Shown in pieces: positions 42,633-49,783 of a DNA stretch of 49,783 nucleotides (position 1 is its first letter; the number at the start of each line of letters is the position of its first letter). A model generated the notes under the pieces. It was not told the origin of the DNA. It did not search any database and worked only from the letters and a program-made list of their open reading frames with translations. The DNA is taken from positions 1 to 49,783 of the forward strand of contig NW_027191516.1 in the NCBI RefSeq assembly GCF_011745625.1. The letters are read 5' to 3'. Source of the DNA: Cladosporium halotolerans (Eukaryota). Both the position numbers and the translations under genes were made by a program.

Positions 42633-44431
42633 TCACTTTTGCAACACCTCATCAATCCCCATCCTCCTACGCTTCCGCGGCGATTGCTGCCTCCGGCTCT
42701 CGCTGTCCTCATCGCTTTCCGAAGTCCGCTGAGCTCCTCCGGCCGAGACTGCGACGGGCGATCCCTGGATCGAGTGCATGCTCGCGGGGCCCGCAGATTG
42801 AGTTGGAGCTGGTGAAGCGGTTATCGGTGGCAGCTGGATGTCGCGTCCTGGTGCCGGGTGTGGTTTTGGCAGTGATGGGGCTGTGTAGGGCGGGGGTTGG
42901 GTGGTTGGATTTATCGGAGGGGGTGGGGGTTCGAGTGCGGGGGCGAGGGTGGGTTGGGAGCGTTGGGTATAGGTCGAGTGTGATTGCCAGTATGTTGGAG
43001 GTGCATGGAGTTGCGGTGGAGGGTAGGTTCTCGTAAGGGGAGGCTGGCCGCGGTGGAGGTGGTGTGCAGGTGCGTGTGCACTATCGTGAGCTTTCATGAG
43101 TAAGGGCGGTGCAGAAGGTGCGATGGCATGCCCCGGCTGCTCTCTCGCAGGCCCTTCTCTGGGCGTTAGAGGCGGTCCGAAAGTATACGGCGACGCTCCG
43201 TGGCCAATGGGCGGGTGAGGTGGAGGCGGCTCGACCGGTCGGAAAATGGGTAGCGAGACGACTACGAAATATGTCGCTGCTTTTGCCAGACGTACCCTCG
43301 CCGGGATTTTCTGCGATCCTTTTGCTCCCGGCTGCAGCTTTACCCAAGTATAAGTGTGATCCGAGAATCCTTGTGTGAGTCTTTCGACCTCTGCATCTGA
43401 GATGCCTCCCAGTGGATCTTCGCCGCTCGAGACAATGGGTGGTAGGTAAGAGGGCTCCTGGACCTCTCGCTCGCCTCGTAAGCGGGTTCGAATGGACATG
43501 AAGCTCTCGGAATCCGCCGGGACTGCGATCTCGTGTAAGCGGTGGTTGGTCAAGTCGCGATTGTCGGCCATGACCTGTCGAAATGACGTGTTGGCCCGTA
43601 TTATGACAAAGTCCAAATCCAGCAGCGCCGTCGGTACCTCCGGTTCGGCTTGGGGTGATGTTGCAGGATGAAGTAGCGGCTGATATGTCAACGGCGTTTG
43701 AAAGGGAGGTGGTGGCCTTGGGAGGAAACTTGGCGTTGATGGCGGTCCGTAGCTAGGTGACTCTTCGCTGGTCATCGGCTGAATGGATCTGAAAGACTCT
43801 GCTCGTCGGGAGCGCGTGGCAGCTATGGGCCGAGTTGGCGTTGTCATCGGTGCTGTTGTCGTAGTGCTTGTCTTTCTTGGCGGCATTGTCCGTTCAAGTC
43901 CAAGCTGGCCTTCATCTCGGAGTCTAGGTCGCCCTCGCTTCTTGTGTGCGACATCGTAGCAAGTGTTCTGGCAGAGTCAGAACTGTCTTTGTTGCGGTGA
44001 GCTAAGATACTTTCCTGCTTCCCTGAAGAAATACAACGTGCACATGGTCTTTGCACATCACAGCTCAAGTGCGACCGTCTGCAGTTGCCGCATGCAGATG
44101 CCACGTGAGTTTTTGCTTTCCTGCTCGCCTGAGGTGTCGTTTGTGCAGCGGTCAACGCAGGAGGTGGACACGCCGTAGAATAGTACTGCCCTGCCGCAGA
44201 CGTGAGAGGTACACCTCGGGTTCCAGTCATGAAAGAAGCTGGGGGATGACAAGCAGGGTGACCGGCCTGCGTAATACCAAGAGATGCGATAAATGTCGTG
44301 CCTTGTTCGAGGGAATGTGCAGGAGTTGCTACAGATGTTGAAACCGTTGGAGCGGGCACGATTTGCTTGCTGAGAGTCGAAGGCAGAGTCAAGTCCGACG
44401 TTCGTCGTTTTGGAGATGGAGGGCTTGACAT
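42633..44431 (-). CDS. Zn(II)2Cys6 transcription factor with a PAS-like segment (intron donor non-canonical, possibly a pseudogene)
   Basis: HVASACGNCRRSHLSCDVQRPCARCISSGKQ | NTCYDVAHKKRGRPRLRD joins the 417-aa ORF in frame if 43968-44014 is spliced. PAS-like TALLDLDFVIIRANTSF. The start codon is uncertain (44431 chosen). Confidence 0.75.
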
Positions 44432-45103
44432 GGGCGGAGAAGGATTGCCCCAGCTTTCTCCTCGGGCTGAATCCCACAGGTAGGCCGATTTGCGTCTCAG
44501 CGACTTGTATCGTAAGTCGAAATTTCCGTTGGCGAGAGGTTGGTGAGCGAATGTGAGCAGTGAGGATCCCTCAATCATTGCTTCGCGCCAGGCAGTCGAT
44601 GCGTGCCTTTACAGCTTCTGGCGGACTTTGATCCTGTCCAATGCAATGCTCAAAGCTAGACGTGGAAAAGATCGTTGAACTCGTTGGGAACGGCAGTATC
44701 CAAAGACGTGGTCTACCATTCAGTAGAGCTGAGTGCCCTCACTGACCTATTCGAGGGTGCAGCGCACCCTTTCGGTGGTCGCCCTGCCTAAACCAGATAG
44801 CGCCTCAGCATTTTGTGAGTACAATGCGAATAAAGGTTGTAGCGCCAATTTAGCGATACACAAAGCGCTGTATTGCCATGTGGAGGAAGAGTGACTTTCA
44901 GCTTTACGTAAAAGACGAATCCACAAGAGCGAGCGTGGGGAGGCAGAAGGTTGGTCTCACAGGCAGAGGCGGTTGCAGAGCGCGATCTCCGAAACACGAC
45001 GGCTCCGGAATTCTGACCTTACATGTCGCCCCGAGCCCGCGGTCGAGTAGGCACGTTTCCTTCAACACACAGTAGGCAACGGTCCGCAGAGGATCTCCGA
45101 ACC

Positions 45104-45135
45104 TTTTTTTTTTTTTTTTTTCCTTTTTTTTTTTT
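45104..45135. repeat. Poly-T tract
   Basis: About 30 T interrupted by CC, upstream of the Zn-cluster gene. Confidence 0.9.
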
Positions 45136-46424
45136 CTCATAATCACCTTAGTCACCGAAGTTCCTGCGCTTCGCAAGGTCTACTGGGTTTCACTTACTCG
45201 AGGCCTCCAAACCTCAATGATGAGTCTCGAAGACCCTGCCCGTGATTGCGGGATCCAGAATGGCATGCATGATGCACAGACGCTAGGCGAACCAATATCT
45301 TACCTCAACCTGAAGGACAAGAACGGAGTATTCATGCATGTCAGTCGGGGATGCGTATCGCTTGCCTTGTTGGTGGCAGGCGCCCGCAGAAGCAGAGGTG
45401 CGCCTCAGCCGTCATGCTAAGCGCCAGACGGATCCTCAGTCCGCCACTCCCGCCACTAGATCGGCGTGATTCCTGCTTGCAATGGATAAAGCTTGATGGC
45501 TTCGCGTCTGACCCACGGAGCTGACTGCTCTTGAGTTCAGGTCATCAGACGCATGATGATTTCGCATGTCGACATCGCGCGCTGCGACGCAACCCAAAAT
45601 TACCCGTGGTCTAACTGATCTAATATATGATCCGAGGTCTCCATCGACTCAGCATGCTCCGGCAGGCCAGCGTATGGCACATAAGATCATCCCAACCGCT
45701 GCGCATAGTCTCAGTAACCTGCGCCGTCAACACTAAGACCCACCCTTGACGGAGAGACAAGCGCTGACCACCGACCATGATGGGATCGGACGATCGCGGT
45801 ATCTTTGAGGGAATCCTCAGGGCGGCCCCGCTGAGGAGGGGCGCGGCGGATGATACTAAACGTCGTTTTCTCCTGGCGTCAGAAAACGAGCCCAAAAAGC
45901 TGTTGTCAGCCGTCTTCGGGAAAAGAGCACTGACTGCAGACCGAATTCGACGGCACACAACACAGGTTGCGTACCTGGAGGATGCGCCTGGGGCGGCAAG
46001 TTTTCATTGAAATAGCAGAAGCCTGCCGCGGCGACGCGGGTCAACGTGGCTTTTGGCGTAGCGAGTCCAATGAATTGACTTTGCCTTTTGTTTGATCGAT
46101 GACCAATCCGGAGGGGTGGATGTGAAGCTCTACCCGCTCGTGTGCTGGGCCGGCCGAGGGCACTTCGGAGATCGTAGAGATGGACATGCAGGGAAAGGAG
46201 GAGCCGAAGGCCGGATTGTCCGACGCAGCATCCACGGCCTTGTGGAGGGACGATCGTCGCGCAATGTCTGTGCGCAACAGGCTGTAGGGAACAGTAACAC
46301 ATCATCGCCTAAACTTGAACCATCGCGCGGTTGTTGCAGCTAACGGCCGCGCGCCAGCCTTGTTGCTGAGTTGCGCTGTTGCAATGTGCTGAAGTTACAA
46401 CGCAGCGGAGGAGGTGTCGCCGGG

Positions 46425-46463
<39 letters not shown>
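46425..46463 (-). repeat. (TCA)13 microsatellite, probable LINE D 3' tail
   Basis: (TGA)13 on the plus strand, 5 nt downstream of AATAAA on the LINE sense strand. Confidence 0.85.
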
Positions 46464-46464
<1 letters not shown>

Positions 46465-49400
46465 GAACTTTATTCCGCCCGGCGCTACGCACCTAAAGGG
46501 CAACACACCATTTATGTCTCAAAGTTTACGTCCTATATTGGTGCGGTTGAAACGAACAAAGCTCCCAAGCTCATTGTCCTTCACCACTCGTCCTATCTTC
46601 AGCAGATGAAGCGGGGGCCTGCCGTGTGCACGAGGGTGCTTGGGGGTGGGGTGGTGTCGGTGGTTAGTAGGGTTAGGGTTCTCCAGCCGTCGTCGTCATT
46701 CACTATCTACCTCGTCGTCCGCCTTCGCGTGCTGGTGTCTGGTCCGAATAGTCTGGTAGCCAGGGTGAAGTGAATCACAGCTCGCACTGCATCCATGTCC
46801 GGGCTCCAATCATCGGAAACCGTGAGGGGTTTGCCTCCAAGCAGACGAGAGAGGTTGTCTTCGCCTGTCCATGCGCCCAAGATCTTCCGCTGCTCGCTCC
46901 ACCTGGTGCAACGAAAGACGAAATGCTCTCTCGACTCGATTGCCTCACCACACTCGCAAAGATTTGTTCCCACTGCTTTGATGTTGTGCAGGTACCCGTT
47001 CAGTGGTGTCATGCCTGTACGAAGCTGCGCGAGAACACTCGCCTGCCTCTTGCTGAGCCCGTCGTATATGCGCCGAGTGTGACTGCCAGGCCACGCAGCT
47101 TCAATCCTGCGCACGCTTTCCCCGAACGTCGTCGGCGTCCGCGAGGTCGCCAGGCTCAGGCGTTGTTGGGCATTTCGAACCATACTTTTGGTCAGTCTGG
47201 GTCGGTCTCTGGCCACTCGTCCCTCCTCCGTAGACCGCTGCGCAAGCTGTTTTGCCTTTTGCCCAAGTTCGAAGATCAAGCTCACAGGGGCCCACGCAAA
47301 GACTACGCGGATGGCAAATCCTTTCAGGTACCTCACGTGTTTTAGAATCCCGCTGATGATCCATTGTCTGGACCTTCTGGCGGGTGTCCGTAACGTAGCT
47401 AGAACGGTGCGATTGTTGGTGAACACGTGAATGGTCTGGCCGTGTACTCGCGCTGACAGTCCCCCACATACGCCGCATCAACAACCAAACCGAGTCCCGC
47501 CTCGATCGAGGCCAGAGCGGCTGTGTAGGTGTCACTCTGCCCGCTATTGCCTAGTGTCTTGTCGTACTCGCGACGCTCAGTGTGGTTTCTTATCCAATCC
47601 ACGCTCTCGATGGCGCCGCCGATGCCGACCAGCTGGTTCCTGAACGATGCGCTGGTGGCGATGCGCATGCCCTGAGTCCCTTGAGCCCACGCGGCTGCCT
47701 GCACGCCGCCGTCTGCATCGTCGACTATGTCGAGTCGCGCGTCCCACGGCGCCGAGATGTAGGGCTGAGTTGCCTCGAGCTCATCCACAGGTGCACCGCG
47801 GGCATACTCTGCAATCTTCTGCATGGGTGACACGAACCTTTTGCACGTCCGACGCCTGACCGCCTGCGCGAGAGGGTGCGTGCCGGGCATGCTGTGCAGG
47901 TCAACCCACATCTTCAATGCTTTTTGCCTGTGTCGTTTTTCTATCGTTGGCAGGTTGGCTTCTGCCTCTGCCACCGCCGTGCCGACCGCCTGGAAGCATC
48001 CGACCACTGCCTGTCCACCGATCCTCTGCACTCGCTTGAGCACTCTCTCTGCGCTGGCTCTCCTGGCGTGCATCCATACTGAGGATGCGTAGTCGACCAC
48101 CGTTGCCACCGTCGCGTTGAACAGCTTGCGCGTCACTGAAGGCGAGAGTCCTCGCAGCCGCTTCAGCGCCATGGTCGCCTGTAGCCCCTTCGTCGCAGCG
48201 CGTGCGGCGTGTTTTTGGTAGCGCAGTCGTGTGTCCATCACCAAGCCTAGAATCTTGACGCTGGGTGTGGGCCGGATCTCCCCCCCTTTGACGGTTATCG
48301 GTTCGTCCGCGGACTGACGAGTGTTGTTCCTCGTGAAGTGGATGAAGGCGGTCTTGTCCCCTTCGAACGACGCCCCGCTCCTGCTCTCCCACTCGGTCGC
48401 TCGTTGTACGATAGCCTGAAGCCGATCGATGTTCTCTGCGGCGGTCTTGCCCACGACCCACGCGGGGTAATCGTCCACGAAAGCGATCGCCCCACCGTTC
48501 TGGTCGATTCGTTGTTGCACAAGGTCGGCGTTGAAGAAGAGAAGCAGGATCGGAGACAAAGGGGAGCCTTGCGGCAGCCCGGCTTGTTCGAGTGCTCTCA
48601 CGTCGGATGTCTGGCCATTCACCACGATCGTGGCCGTGCGCGTGGAGCAGAAGGCGTCAATCCGATTCACCAGATCTGAGGGGATGCCCCTGGCCTGGAG
48701 CCGCTGCAGCAGTCTGTCTTTGTAGACCCCGTTGTACGCCCCTTTCACATCGAAACTGACCAGGCTCACCACTCTCTTGTTCCGCCAAGCTGTGTAGATG
48801 CTCTCCTGAAGGAGCAGCAGTGCCTGCTCCGCAGACCTCTGTTCCCTCGCGCCGAAGTGGTTGGCTGGCAACAGGCCGTAGGTCTCGACCGCAAATGATA
48901 CCCTCTCCGCGACGACTGCCTCCAGCAATTTCCCCAGCGTCGATAGTAGTGAGATGGGCCTCCACGCCTTCGCCAGGGTGTAGTCGTCCTTGTTAGGCTT
49001 CTTGAGCGGAATGATCTTTGCGACTTTCCATTGCTGAGGAATCACTCCTGTGTCGAGGGAAGTTTGAACCTCACGGCCGGCCATACTTGCCTCCACACGC
49101 CGGCCGGGAATCCGTCTTCCCCTGCTGCCTTCCACGGTTTGGTCTTCATGAGACAGTTCTCAATCTCTTCTTCCGTCAGCTGCGGCATGGCAACAGCAGC
49201 CCTCTGCGGCCTGTCACCTTCCTCCTCTATATTCTCAGGCAGTGGCGGAAAGAAGGTCGTAAGCAGCTGCTCAGCTTGCTCCGCAGTGTTCCTCGTTAGT
49301 GATCCATCCGCCCTTCGCAGAGGTGGGATTCTCGACCAAGTCGATCCTTGATCTGGCTGCAGATAACGCGTTGCTTTCCAGATATTGGCGTCGTCCGCCA

Positions 49401-49783
49401 GGAAGTCGTCCCAATGCGTCCTTTGTTGTCTGTGTATAGCATTGTGGTACTCTTTAGAAGCCGCTCGAGCCTGCTGTTCCAGTATCGGCAAGGCCTCTCC
49501 ACCGCGTCGCTGAGCTCGAGCTCTGTTCCTCCAGTAAGTGTACACCCGCCGGAGCTTCGTCAGATCCTGAGTCCACCATCGCTTCGCGTACGGGCAAGGC
49601 TTAGCCCTGGGCGTCAGCGCGTGGACGGCATCTTGCACAGCGTGCATCAGGCGGTCCGCTTGCTCCTGAACCGTGGAGCCCGGGCGTTGTTGCTGCAATG
49701 TTCGAGCGATCCGTTCCCGGATCTCCTTCCATGGAGCGTTCTTGTACAGTAGACGTGGCTCGACAACGCGCTCCGGGAGGTCG
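46425..49783 (-). mobile_element. Tad1-type LINE (LINE D): ORF2 RT, RNase H-like region and 3' end, continues beyond the window
   Basis: WRPISLLSTLGK, DVKGAY, QGSPLSP, FVDD and C-terminal CECGEAIESREHFVFRC, with frameshifts near 49070 and 47430. The 3' UTR ends in AATAAA (46469-46474) followed by a trinucleotide tail. Confidence 0.93.

Noticed and set aside
46379..46773. Poly-Met, poly-Asp and poly-Ile ORFs
   Set aside because: Artefacts of translating the (TGA)13 LINE tail.

Overview
Eukaryotic, filamentous-ascomycete-type DNA (short GT-AG introns with CTRAY branch points, Zn2Cys6 factor, RIP-like mutations). It looks like a repeat-rich accessory or subtelomere-like region. About half is transposon: several Tad1-type LINEs of different ages and one nearly intact Copia LTR element with 138-bp LTRs. 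Host-type genes are an Aim6-like phosphodiesterase head-to-head with a broken GT2 glycosyltransferase, a metal-related trio (DUF4396 membrane protein, a 27-aa two-exon metallothionein missed by the ORF track, a ZIP transporter remnant) and a Zn2Cys6 transcription factor. There are also fragments of core genes (ADAM protease, kinesin-3 tail, GBF1/Gea ARF-GEF tail). The most striking object is at ~32450-36374. It is a decayed telomere-linked-helicase-like gene whose middle carries a near-complete tyrosine-recombinase motif set (R...K...xxR...GH-x8-Y) fused to a RecQ helicase. It lies in a sharply bounded ~3.9-kb block almost free of the dinucleotide CT on its sense strand, with repeated and inverted 13-bp motifs at its left edge. 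I propose this is a YR+RecQ mobile element with a strand-specific sequence-avoidance signature. All family assignments are from motif recognition by eye, with no database searches.
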